From Candidatus Bathyarchaeota archaeon (lineage in GTDB: Archaea > Thermoproteota > Bathyarchaeia > Bathyarchaeales > Bathycorpusculaceae): a DNA stretch of 64,000 bases. The position numbers were made by a program, and so were the translations under genes. Under the pieces are notes generated by a model. That model had not been told where the DNA came from. It saw only the letters and a list, made by a program, of their open reading frames with translations, and made no database searches. The stretch covers positions 1,792,001 through 1,856,000 of the forward strand of contig OY969706.1 in assembly GCA_963702095.1 (NCBI GenBank). Reading direction: 5' to 3'. This document shows, piece after piece, positions 48,774 through 58,218 of this stretch; position 1 is the stretch's first letter; every line of letters starts with the position of its first letter.

Positions 48774-49241
48774 GTGAATCCCATGCAAACAAAAACTAAA
48801 CTACTCAGCATCCTCTTACTCTTCACCTTAGCAGCCATACCCCTCTTAGCAGTAAACGCGGAACCCACCATCTCCCTAAGCCTATACAAGGACAACGGCT
48901 ACGGCTGGGGCAACGACATGGCTGGGCAGTGGACGGTCAACACGCAGGTCTCAGCCGACGTCACATCCGTGGAATTCTATCTTGACCATCAACTCCAACA
49001 AAAAGACACCTCAGCACCCTTCAGCTGGCAATTCAACACAAACAACTACACCACGGGCGAACACACCATAAAAGCAGTAGCCTACGACAACCAAAGCAGC
49101 AGCCAAACCGCACAGATAACCCGCAACTTCGTCGAAGACAACACCAACACCATCCTTGTCACCATAATCGTTGCCGTCGCCGCTGTCTTTGCTGTTTTGG
49201 TAGGAGTTGCAGTATACAGGATTAAAAAATCAAAGAAGTAA
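48774..49241 (+). CDS. Secreted Ig-like domain protein with TM anchor
   Basis: VTSVEFYLD...DTSAPFSW...GEHTIKAVAYD. Confidence 0.85.
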   Translation: MNPMQTKTKLLSILLLFTLAAIPLLAVNAEPTISLSLYKDNGYGWGNDMAGQWTVNTQVSADVTSVEFYLDHQLQQKDTSAPFSWQFNTNNYTTGEHTIKAVAYDNQSSSQTAQITRNFVEDNTNTILVTIIVAVAAVFAVLVGVAVYRIKKSKK

Positions 49242-49246
49242 CTTCG

Positions 49247-49789
49247 CTACTTTTCCTGTTTTCTGTCATTGTTTTTAAGCAACGCTTTGGCTTTTTCAGT
49301 GTAGGGGTTATTGAACGCCTCGTTCTCCAACTTGTTGCCCTCAGAGAAGAAATCATCTATTCCCTTGCCCATGGCTTTGCCCCGTGCCGTATGCATATCC
49401 AACGCGAACTCTGGAATCGGCGGATACTTGCCCTGTTCCCTCTCAGCGGTGACCACGTTTAAGAGGTCGTCAGTGACTCTGCTTTTCTGGCTAAAACACA
49501 GACAAACCACCGCATCGGCAAGATAGAGGCTGGCGTTGTTTTCGCCCAGCTTAGATTTCTCAGCCAAGTAATTCTTCTGCAACACGTCAATGAGGGTGGG
49601 CATCTGGGGGTTTGCGGGGCCAACGTCTTCGGCGGCGACGACTTTTAAGCGGTTCCAAAGCATCGTCGGATTAAACTCTTCTAGTTCCACGGCGAAGTGG
49701 ACTGCCTCGTACTCCATGCCCCGCCTGATACACTTCTGCAATGCACTGAGCAACTCGTAGTGGTCAAAGCCATGCTTAGTATTAGCCAA
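49247..49789 (-). CDS. Stand-alone MgsA/RarA C-terminal-like helical domain
   Basis: SALQKCIRRG, WNRLKVVAAEDVG, IPEFALDMHT; no Walker motifs. Confidence 0.75.
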   Translation of the reverse strand: MANTKHGFDHYELLSALQKCIRRGMEYEAVHFAVELEEFNPTMLWNRLKVVAAEDVGPANPQMPTLIDVLQKNYLAEKSKLGENNASLYLADAVVCLCFSQKSRVTDDLLNVVTAEREQGKYPPIPEFALDMHTARGKAMGKGIDDFFSEGNKLENEAFNNPYTEKAKALLKNNDRKQEK

Positions 49790-49872
49790 AGTCCTTCATC
49801 TTTAGGCTAAATTGAGTATTATTCACTAAAAAAGTTTCAGTCACTGCACCTGCCAAAACGTGCAATCTTGCT

Positions 49873-50136
49873 CTAAAGCTGAATCTGCTGCTTTTGGGGG
49901 CTCTTATGCAGTGAAGTTCGATGACCCTTCAGAAACGCCGCCAACTCGTGTCTCTTCCAAAGCACCATGGAAATGGTTGACGACGCAATCAGCAACAGGT
50001 AAAACGCTGTTGAGCCGAAGCCGAAAACTGCAGTGCCAAATAGCGCTGTGGCTAACACGTCATCGAGGGGGCTAACAATAAAGACTGCTAATGCGATAGC
50101 CAAAACTGAGTGTCTCTTAAGTTTGTTTGCTTTCAC
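49873..50136 (-). CDS. Small membrane protein
   Basis: Two hydrophobic segments with SPLDD; GGGGTGA ribosome-binding site upstream. Confidence 0.6.
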   Translation of the reverse strand: MKANKLKRHSVLAIALAVFIVSPLDDVLATALFGTAVFGFGSTAFYLLLIASSTISMVLWKRHELAAFLKGHRTSLHKSPQKQQIQL

Positions 50137-50155
50137 CTGAATTCACCCCTTTCTT

Positions 50156-50593
50156 TTAAATGTGGCTAACATAGGCGAATGTGTTTTGGTCTGCCGTCTC
50201 CATAGCGTCTGCCGACTGGGACTTCTTGTAGAGCCTATAGAAGCCGCCAAGGTTGACGAAGCTGAGGCATCTTTTGCACTGGAATATCAACTCGTTGAGT
50301 TCGCCGTTTCTCTGAACGATGTCGCAGATGGTGTAGGTGGCTTCTGTGTGGTCGTCTGGAGAGATTCTCGCGCCACAGTTGGGGCATTGGAATGTGCCGT
50401 CTCTGTTGGTTTGGGATATGTCAATCTTGTAGGCTTTGATTTGCTGTGTTGTTTTTCGCTTCAATTTTGTTTCCTCGATTCTCTCCAAGTCAGCTACAAT
50501 ATAAAGGGATTTTTCAGAATTATACTCAAATATACCCCAAATTAAAACCAACAAAAGAGTCAACTTGCTACAAAACAAAGCCCTTGAATGCAA
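50156..50593 (-). CDS. Zinc-ribbon protein; start probably downstream
   Basis: FQCPNCGARISPDD ... FQCKRC. Confidence 0.7.
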   Translation of the reverse strand: MHSRALFCSKLTLLLVLIWGIFEYNSEKSLYIVADLERIEETKLKRKTTQQIKAYKIDISQTNRDGTFQCPNCGARISPDDHTEATYTICDIVQRNGELNELIFQCKRCLSFVNLGGFYRLYKKSQSADAMETADQNTFAYVSHI

Positions 50594-50623
50594 TGAGGGT
50601 TCCCTATAGAAAAAAGATGGTGC

Positions 50624-50812
50624 CTAAGCTTCTGTTTTCGCCTTGGCCTTAAAATGCGGACAAGCTGTTTCTTCAGGGTTCACATTAGTGAAATGAGCTA
50701 TCTTGCATGCTCCATTATCAAAATTGGCGCATTCTTCATGCGTATGCTTGTAAAAATCCAGTTTTCGCCGCAGGGCATTTTTTAGACCTATTTTCTGCAC
50801 CTTCTGTATCAA
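50624..50812 (-). CDS. Small Cys/His-rich protein
   Basis: HEECANF..GAC...ACPHFKAK. Confidence 0.5.
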   Translation of the reverse strand: MIQKVQKIGLKNALRRKLDFYKHTHEECANFDNGACKIAHFTNVNPEETACPHFKAKAKTEA

Positions 50813-51144
50813 TTTACTGAGTTCTACAGCAGATGAGATAATTATGTTTCGATGCCAAACAAGAGAAACGTACTTTGTCTTACTATTGTTTATAAACTTT
50901 AAAGCTTAGGTGGCTACTGCTCTATTAAGAAGGATGATGTCGCCGTCCCAGCCTTAGGGCAAAGTAATTTTTGATAACGAGTTTTCACTCTTTTACTTGA
51001 TATTTATGATGGGAATTTATATAAAAAAGCAAAATAAGTATTTTATGCGAACTTACAGTCACTACAGAATATCTCATTAAATCTTAAATTTATGCTTCAT
51101 CATTTGTTGACAGTGCGCACTTAGGGTTCTAACTCTTTAAAATT

Positions 51145-51513
51145 CTATCTCGTTGTATAAGCGCTATTGATAGAGCCGTAAGGATTCTTGTTTTCCCTTT
51201 TCAAAGCAGCATCTTTCATTTTTTCAACGTCCTTAACTATGCTTGTTTCCGATGACAAGTCGCCTATGACGACTAAACGAGACAATAACTCAACTTTCGG
51301 ATTATTTGTTTTGTACTTAACCTCTGAAATCTTAATTTTCCTTGAGGAACTATAAAGTTCTATTATGCAATCTTTTGGACGCTGCTCAGGAACCCCCCTG
51401 ACAAGTATTAAGTAATAAGCATTTTTTCCCCTTGCAGAGAGGCTTCCGTCTGAATCAATTTTAGTCCAATTCAGCACACGTTGTAGCTCTATGCGCCGAT
51501 AAGGCGGCTTCAA
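51145..51513 (-). CDS. Hypothetical protein
   Basis: Overlaps the stop of the upstream PRC-barrel gene. Confidence 0.45.
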   Translation of the reverse strand: MKPPYRRIELQRVLNWTKIDSDGSLSARGKNAYYLILVRGVPEQRPKDCIIELYSSSRKIKISEVKYKTNNPKVELLSRLVVIGDLSSETSIVKDVEKMKDAALKRENKNPYGSINSAYTTR

Positions 51514-51863
51514 TCAGTGCATTCCACAATTTCTTGAGAGGATTCCAGTTCTTCAACTGTTCTGGAAATTGTAACTACATGGGCAACTGCTTGAACCATA
51601 CTAACAGGTATGCATATTTTGGAACTTCTAAATCTCTTTTTCATTCCAAGACTCTCTGCTGCCTCGCCAGTGAGCTTCACATTTAAGAATTTTATTTCCC
51701 AAGAAGTGGTATCAAGTTTTGCACCTTTCACTTGTCCAATTATTTTTGCTCCTGAAGTTACTACATCTAAACCCATAATTTCTTCAAAATTTATCAAGAT
51801 TACACCCGAATCAACTAACTCGCTTCCTAAATATAATCCTTCGCTCGCCTTACTCTCTCTCAA
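51510..51863 (-). CDS. PRC-barrel domain protein; probable start TTG 51797
   Basis: EIMGLDVVTSGAKIIGQV....DTTSWEI...IPVSMVQAVAHVV. Confidence 0.85.
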   Translation of the reverse strand: MRESKASEGLYLGSELVDSGVILINFEEIMGLDVVTSGAKIIGQVKGAKLDTTSWEIKFLNVKLTGEAAESLGMKKRFRSSKICIPVSMVQAVAHVVTISRTVEELESSQEIVECTD

Positions 51864-52800
51864 AATGAATCGGCGGAAAACCAGTCACGTTGATAGTCGC
51901 CGAAGCAATTTTAATTCTTTCAGACTTCGCAATTTCAGTTAGAATCAAACGACCTATCCTATTATGCAGTTCTCGCCGACTTCTAACATCAGTCACATAC
52001 CTAATACCAAATGTTATCCAGTTATCTGTTAAACTCAAAAATATAGAAGGCTCAAGCGAGCGTCTTGTAAAATAATATTTCCCCTCTATACGCTCCATCG
52101 TCTTTTGAGCATTGACAATTACGTCACTAGTTTCTGTTTTTACAATTTCAAGAAATTTTTTAGCAGCTTCGTTCCAATCGCTATCATAAGTTATAGGAAT
52201 GGTCATTTCATCCCAAATAAAGTCAAAATCCCTAGTATAATTCTGAATAGTTCCAGCGAGAACCACACTATTAGGAATAATTGTTAATCTACCCGTTACT
52301 TGGTCACCAGAAACCCACTTGCGAGTTTCCATAAGCGTAGTGTTAAAAATACCAATGTCGATTACGTCCCCAAATTTGTCGTCAATCTCTATTCGGTCAC
52401 CTACACGGTAAACGCCGTTAACAAAAAGAAGTATGCCGCCGATGAAGTTTTTGAATATGTCTTGAAGCGCAAAAGCTATTGCTGCACCAATGAGACCAAA
52501 TGCAATTAGAATGTTTTGAGTCTCGGTTATCCAAATTATAAGCAGGGACAAAAGAGCGGTACCAAGGCTAACGATTGAAAGGACTTTTCGGAAGGTGTAG
52601 CGAGTTTTTGAGTCTCTAAAGTGTTTGGTTGCGTATTCGTCTAAAAATATTTGAAATAAAAGGTATGCTACTGTGATTGCAATTGTTGAGTAAAGAATTT
52701 TTCCGAGGTATAAATTTGGGTATTCCAGATTGGCAGCAAAAAAGGTAAAAGTGGCGGCTATTAATACGGTTGCAGTTAATGCCTTTGACCTATTAACCAT
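51850..52800 (-). CDS. mscS: Small-conductance mechanosensitive channel (MscS family)
   Basis: AIAFALQDIFKNFIGG, YRVGDRIEI, GDVIDIG, IPNS. Confidence 0.92.
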   Translation of the reverse strand: MVNRSKALTATVLIAATFTFFAANLEYPNLYLGKILYSTIAITVAYLLFQIFLDEYATKHFRDSKTRYTFRKVLSIVSLGTALLSLLIIWITETQNILIAFGLIGAAIAFALQDIFKNFIGGILLFVNGVYRVGDRIEIDDKFGDVIDIGIFNTTLMETRKWVSGDQVTGRLTIIPNSVVLAGTIQNYTRDFDFIWDEMTIPITYDSDWNEAAKKFLEIVKTETSDVIVNAQKTMERIEGKYYFTRRSLEPSIFLSLTDNWITFGIRYVTDVRSRRELHNRIGRLILTEIAKSERIKIASATINVTGFPPIHFERE

Positions 52801-52986
52801 TCTTGCTTCAAGAGTAAGAACAAGTTAGGGTATATTTAACAATATTTGTGACAGGAAAGGGCTAAGATAATGACTCTTTCCCCGAAGTGTTTCTACTTAT
52901 GCTTTCTGGGATAGTCTCAAACGTGTTGTTTGAATATAGAAAAATATTATTTAGCGAACTAGCGGATAACAACGTGAGGCTCAGAA

Positions 52987-53214
52987 ATGAACAAGAAATT
53001 ACCGCTTTTATCTCTGCTGATTACATCGATGTTTCTTTATTCTTCTATAGAACCTGCCCTTTGCAACATAACGGCTAATCCATTCCAACAGACGTCGATT
53101 GCCATTCTTGGAGGCATGGTTTTCTTTGCGGTTCTTATAGGGTGGCTAATAATAAGAACGCTTATTCGTAATAAGAAAAAGAAAGAGATCGAACCCAAGA
53201 ATGAAGCACAATAA
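52987..53214 (+). CDS. Small secreted/membrane protein
   Basis: Signal peptide + TM helix + basic tail. Confidence 0.55.
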   Translation: MNKKLPLLSLLITSMFLYSSIEPALCNITANPFQQTSIAILGGMVFFAVLIGWLIIRTLIRNKKKKEIEPKNEAQ

Positions 53215-53246
53215 ACCAATGTTTACTCGCTTGTGAATCCCCCAGT

Positions 53247-53622
53247 ATGTTTGATGCCATCGAGAGTTTTTTCGTCGCCTTCGCACTAACCTTTATCCTC
53301 GAATGGGGTGTTATCTTCTTATTCGGGCTCAGAGCGAAGTCGGATTTGCTTGCAGTCCTCGCAATAAACCTGATCACCAACCCCTTGATGAATTACTTTA
53401 TTTCAATGGCTCAGAGCCTAAAACTGGTCACTTTTGATTTTTTTTAGCGTATTGCTTCTGGAGTTAGTTGTTGTCGTTATCGAGTGGCGACTGTTAGTTG
53501 TTTTGGTACCGGCGAACCCGAAGAAACTGCTGGTTATTTCGTTGGCTATGAACATGTTCTCTTTTTGTTGCGGTTTATTCTTTTCCTTTTTCTTCAGTCC
53601 GCCCTTCATGCGGTTTTTCTAG
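53247..53622 (+). CDS. Four-TM membrane protein split by a frameshift in a T8 run
   Basis: LTFILEW...INLITNPLMN joins LELVVVVIEW...SLAMNMFSF across the T run at 53438-53445. Confidence 0.7.
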
Positions 53623-53827
53623 AAATGTTCTTGGAACAAGATTTTTTTCGGGGTAATATTCGGTAGCCAAAGAAGTCGATATTTCAACAATGGAATCACT
53701 TGTAACGCTTAAATGGTTGTTTTGGTGAAATTTTACCACCTGCCTGGTTATTGATTACCGTTAACGCGGCATTATAAGCCATTTTTGTATCATACGTTAG
53801 TGATAACTCAATTCGGCACATACTTGG

Positions 53828-54229
53828 TTGCTAAATGAGGTCGCCAAGTTGGAAAAGCTTTCTTTCGACGAACTATACTTCAACGCGCAGCTCATTTGGG
53901 GTCAAAAAGTCCTCGCTCAACTCATTGCTTCAGAATGCTGTTATATCATAGGCAAGGTTGAGAAACGAAACAAACCTTTCTTTAGCGGCAAAAGACCAAG
54001 CGCTCTTGTTGGCGGCTTGTTCTATCTGTTGGGTTATAGATTTGGAGTTCCAATAAATCAAAATGAGATAGCTAAAAAACTTCATACAACAGATGTCACA
54101 ATCCGATTGTCTTATAGGAAGTGGTTGAGGGAGTTTCCTGATTTATTTGTTGATGTCATTGGTACACTAGCCCAACATGAGAGCTTGAAATACTTTGTTT
54201 TGCTTGACCTCAAACATTTAGAGCATTAG
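53828..54229 (+). CDS. Protein consisting of a single TFB/TFIIB C-terminal cyclin-HTH repeat
   Basis: GKRPSALVGGLFYL...INQNEIAKKL.TTDVTIRLSYR resembles TFB GKxPxxxAAAxxY...TQxEIA....TEVTIRxRY. Confidence 0.7.
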   Translation: MLNEVAKLEKLSFDELYFNAQLIWGQKVLAQLIASECCYIIGKVEKRNKPFFSGKRPSALVGGLFYLLGYRFGVPINQNEIAKKLHTTDVTIRLSYRKWLREFPDLFVDVIGTLAQHESLKYFVLLDLKHLEH

Positions 54230-54233
54230 TTAG

Positions 54234-54800
54234 CTATCGAATGGTTTGAGGTGGCACTATTATCGGTTCATTTAATTGGCTTTCTATAATATCCGTATCG
54301 AACGGGGTAGGGTCTGCTTTCTCACAAATAAATTTTATATCAATGGATAGGCCGGTTACACTGTAACTTTCTAAAATGTTTTTGATGTCAGATATTGTTT
54401 CACCCACTCTATCTGCTTCGCATAAAGCAATTGCAACAACATTATGTTCTCCGAATGACCTAAAAACATACTTTACTCTGCTGTATTCCTTGAGCTTTTC
54501 TACAAGTTCATCTTGGAATTTCTGCCCAACATTTAGGGCAATACCGATGTTTTTTAGATGGAGCTTCTGATAGTTTATCGTTCCACGAGTTATGCCTATT
54601 ATTACTCCGCTTTCTTCTAATAACTTGAATCTACGGTATATTGTGTTTCGTGAAGTATTGCATTCTCTGGCGAGTTCTTGATAAGATGTTATTCCCTGAC
54701 TAAGCCGATTGAGTATCTGCTTATCGAGTTGGTCCAAATTGACCATGGATTTAAATCGTCGATGATTGTATATAAAATCTTCCTGATTCATATTCGACAA
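54234..54800 (-). CDS. Lrp/AsnC family regulator
   Basis: LDQLDKQILNRL...SYQELA...YRRFKLLEESGVI; GEHNVV. Confidence 0.85.
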   Translation of the reverse strand: MSNMNQEDFIYNHRRFKSMVNLDQLDKQILNRLSQGITSYQELARECNTSRNTIYRRFKLLEESGVIIGITRGTINYQKLHLKNIGIALNVGQKFQDELVEKLKEYSRVKYVFRSFGEHNVVAIALCEADRVGETISDIKNILESYSVTGLSIDIKFICEKADPTPFDTDIIESQLNEPIIVPPQTIR

Positions 54801-55228
54801 CTTTTCGAGATCTGCTTATCATATATTAAGATTCATGTTGATCTACGCAACAAGTTTAACTAATTCTGACTCATCATTCCATTTTTAACACAATCTTAAC
54901 CTAAACGGGGATAATATTTAAAAAAAAAGTGGTTCCTTGCAAAGGGGCGGGCAAGTGCATAAGCATAGTCGTGTCCGCTTGCGAAGTGTCTTACTCTATA
55001 CCCTCTATTGTGGGGGTGAAAAGCGATTTTTTCACCAGTTTTGGAGGTCTCTTGAGTTTTCTTTAGCGTCTTTGCTCATTAGACGATTCATAGAAACATA
55101 ATGGATTTTAGGCAAACAGCTAACAACGAAAAGCTTGGCACAGTGCATTGACGATAGATTTTAGATGCACTTATTGGCCCGCAACTCGACAACTAAGTCA
55201 TAAACGATTAGAAAATAGCTGATTATTG

Positions 55229-55354
55229 TTATTTCTCAGATTTAACTTTTAAGAGAGCCTTCGGTTTTGGAATTTGCATTCCCCAGCTTTTCTCGAGTGC
55301 ATGTTTGCATTGTTCTGCAAAGTTATTTTCGTCGTAACTCCTTTCTGTTATCAA
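55229..55354 (-). CDS. Putative 41-aa microprotein
   Basis: AGGTGA ribosome-binding site, then TTG start; MITERSYDENNFAEQCKHALEKSWGMQIPKPKALLKVKSEK*. Confidence 0.4.
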   Translation of the reverse strand: MITERSYDENNFAEQCKHALEKSWGMQIPKPKALLKVKSEK

Positions 55355-55379
55355 TTCAATCACCTAAAGCATAGTATTT

Positions 55380-55475
55380 TTATTTGGCTAAGATCAGATA
55401 GCCTACATAGCCCATGACACAAAAGACTATACCTGTACCAATCAATCCCAATACTGCTTTAGCTGTATCACACAT
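55380..55475 (-). CDS. Putative 31-aa single-TM microprotein
   Basis: AGGTGA 8 nt upstream; MCDTAKAVLGLIGTGIVFCVMGYVGYLILAK*. Confidence 0.55.
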   Translation of the reverse strand: MCDTAKAVLGLIGTGIVFCVMGYVGYLILAK

Positions 55476-56057
55476 TTTCCATTTCACCTTTATCTGTAGC
55501 AAACCAAGACCTTGAAAGATGATATAAGCAAAGTTTCTGAAAAAACAACATATCAATCCAACAGAATATATCGAAAAGGGAAGCTGAACACGTTTTCAGC
55601 GGAATATACTTGTACAGAGTAGAAATAACAGAAGGGACGCTGAAAATGATGTTACAGCTAATTCTGCCTTAATTGAATCGGTTAGACGCATAGTTTTTGC
55701 CTCTCTTGCAAAAATGGCTTTTTAAGAATATAAGTAACGTTTCAACTCCAAGATTATGTCAATTTAAAAATGTTTCAAGTATTTCGCATACAACCTATGG
55801 GCTATAGGTTTGCCCTTAAGCGAGGGATGCATGCTACACGGGCTTTTTTGTTGGGTATCAAGGGGTGTGTTTGATGGTATGCCGCAATCAGCCGCAACCT
55901 GTTGGGTCCCTTATGACGAAAAGCTGTTTGTTTTTAAAAAAAGTACGGATTGATTATTAATCATGGAAAACCGGGGCCATAATCTGCTCCTTGAAAAAAA
56001 TTCCTGTTAGGAGGACTGTATTGCGGGGATATTAGAGGCACAACTGCAGAGGTAACC

Positions 56058-56238
56058 CAACATGCTTCCACATGCACACTATGTCGGTTTCAACATAGAG
56101 GCATGTATGGCATGTGGAGAAAAACCCCTATCCCACACCGAAACAGACGCAGAAAACCAATGCAATCCCAAAAAACAATCGCATTCAATTGCAGTCTTGT
56201 AACACCCCATAAAACACCACACCACATAAAGAGAAAAA
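56058..56238 (-). repeat. Family A repeat, copy 4
   Basis: 113 bp identical to copy 3. Confidence 0.97.
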
Positions 56239-56288
56239 GCTGGACAAATAGGCATTAAAAAAAGAAAAAAAAGAGAAAGCGGCTGATT

Positions 56289-56960
56289 TTAAACGGAGGT
56301 TGGTGGCGGTGCAGGTGAATATGCGGTTGCTGGTGGCTGGGTTGCGGTTGGCTCAGTGGGTTTAAGCTGGAAGAAAGCGATTGCTAAAAGCAGGAAACCT
56401 ATCCAGATCAGGAGATACCCGATCGCGATGACTGCTAAGAATCCGCCGATGAGTATAAGTAATCCAGCGGTTCCGAATAGGCCAGTAGTTGATTTGTTAG
56501 CGACTGTTACTAGAGAGCGCCGTAGGAAGAAAGTTGAAATTATAGCTATAATCCATGCTCCTACCCAGAGAGTTGCGAGGGCACCAATGATTGGTAACCA
56601 ATCAGAGATGTTCACGTTGTTGAAAGCGTTGGGGTCAGGGGTCATTCCTTGTAGAGTGCTCCAGTTGCCATCCCAACCTGGATATATTTGATGAAGTATT
56701 GTGGAAGCATTTGCAAAAAGAACAGTAAATGCCAAGACCGCTACGATGATTGTGCCCACAATTAAAACAATAACTGCGATGAGTGCATTGTTAAGAATTC
56801 CGCGTTCCCTAAGATAGCCGCTTAAGCCGTATAAGCCTACTAAAACAAGAATTGCGCCGACGAGGTCTATAATGCCGAAGTAGTTGATTACGGGGAAGAC
56901 TCCTATGAAAAGCAAGATTGCGCCTATGCCACCCAATGTTTTACTTGATTCAAGATTCAT
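56289..56960 (-). CDS. DUF996 membrane protein
   Basis: KTLGGIGAIL, LVGLYGLS, LFGTAGL..LIG..L. Confidence 0.88.
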   Translation of the reverse strand: MNLESSKTLGGIGAILLFIGVFPVINYFGIIDLVGAILVLVGLYGLSGYLRERGILNNALIAVIVLIVGTIIVAVLAFTVLFANASTILHQIYPGWDGNWSTLQGMTPDPNAFNNVNISDWLPIIGALATLWVGAWIIAIISTFFLRRSLVTVANKSTTGLFGTAGLLILIGGFLAVIAIGYLLIWIGFLLLAIAFFQLKPTEPTATQPPATAYSPAPPPTSV

Positions 56961-57064
56961 TTGTTTTCCTCTAATTTTTGGAAGAAGAACTAAGAATAAA
57001 AGCTTTTTCTTAGCTTATGAGCGCTTGGGGCAAAATCAACATAACACCAACCAAAAAACCCAAA

Positions 57065-57397
57065 TTAGGAGGTTTCGGCTTCGCCGCTTTCAAGTTGACC
57101 CTGGAGGATACGGTAGTAGGTTTGCAGATAGGTTTTGCCATCGGCAGTTATCGTGTACACTTTGCGGGCGCGTCCGTCTTTTTGCTGTTTCTTGCTCTCC
57201 ACAAACCCCTTCTCCTCAAGCATATTTAGGGTAGGGTAGAGGGCGCCGTGGCGCAGTTTGATGTTGAAGTCGGTTTCAACCTGCTTTTTTATCTTGTAAC
57301 CCCATGTGGGTTGAGCTTGGATGATGCGGAGCAATTGGATATCGAGTAGATTTCTGACTATGTGTTGTACAATTTCTTTTTTGTAGTTTTCAGACAT
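57065..57397 (-). CDS. PadR-family regulator
   Basis: PTWGYKI...GALYPTL..LEEKGFV...RARKVYTIT..G. Confidence 0.92.
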   Translation of the reverse strand: MSENYKKEIVQHIVRNLLDIQLLRIIQAQPTWGYKIKKQVETDFNIKLRHGALYPTLNMLEEKGFVESKKQQKDGRARKVYTITADGKTYLQTYYRILQGQLESGEAETS

Positions 57398-57558
57398 GCA
57401 TTGTTACCTTGAGGGGGTTGTTAATGTATGGTTTGATGTTTGGATTTATTTAGCTTTATGTTAACTCTTGAGGTTGGTGGTATGCCGAATTATGTTTTGG
57501 TATGCTTGGGTTATGTATCAAGCTTTATATTCGCGTGTATTGTTACTCTGTAATTAAG

Positions 57559-57609
57559 ATATGTCCGAAGAAGGACATATTGTATACAAGTCGAACAGAA
57601 GAACTGTTC
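57559..57609. promoter_or_regulatory. Three adjacent inverted repeats between divergent padR genes
   Basis: ATATGTCC-GAAGAA-GGACATAT; TTGTATACAA; GAACAG-AAGAA-CTGTTC. Confidence 0.6.
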
Positions 57610-57637
57610 AACAAAAATACAAACGGGGAAGAAAAAA

Positions 57638-58042
57638 ATGTTCAAACCAAGCTCACAAAAAGAGGTCTCAACCAAACTCATGAAAGGACTACTCGACATG
57701 ATTATCCTACAATTCCTCAGCAGCGAACCCATGCACGGATATCAAATCATCACCAAAATCCGTAAAAACTTCGGCGTATACTTCGGACCAAGCACCATCT
57801 ACCCGCTCCTTGGTACACTAGAAAAGAAAGGCTTTGTCGCCAGCACATGGAACATGAACTTCGAGCGCCCAAGAAAAGTTTACAGTCTAACCAAAGACGG
57901 CCAAAGCATGCTTAACTTCACTGGAGAATCACTCAACCTTATTTGCCGAAAAATCACCATCGTAAACCCGGAATCAACCTCACCGACCGTAGGCATCATA
58001 ACATCAAAAAACAGAAACGACCTAACCCTCATCGTACCCTAA
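57638..58042 (+). CDS. PadR-family regulator
   Basis: KGLLDMIIL..L..EPMHGYQII...STIYPLL..LEKKG...RPRKVYSLT. Confidence 0.92.
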   Translation: MFKPSSQKEVSTKLMKGLLDMIILQFLSSEPMHGYQIITKIRKNFGVYFGPSTIYPLLGTLEKKGFVASTWNMNFERPRKVYSLTKDGQSMLNFTGESLNLICRKITIVNPESTSPTVGIITSKNRNDLTLIVP

Positions 58043-58218
58043 AGCGGCAAGCCTTTTTTTGAAGCTTGTCAATTTTCTGATTCATAAGGAGCATCAATCT
58101 TACAAGATCTATGCAAGCTCTAAACGGCACCTTCTATATTTTTAGGCATTTATCAGCGTTTTAAAAATCAGTTCTTAAATATGGCACTCATCATCTTTAT
58201 TGGCACTAGGTTGAAGCA

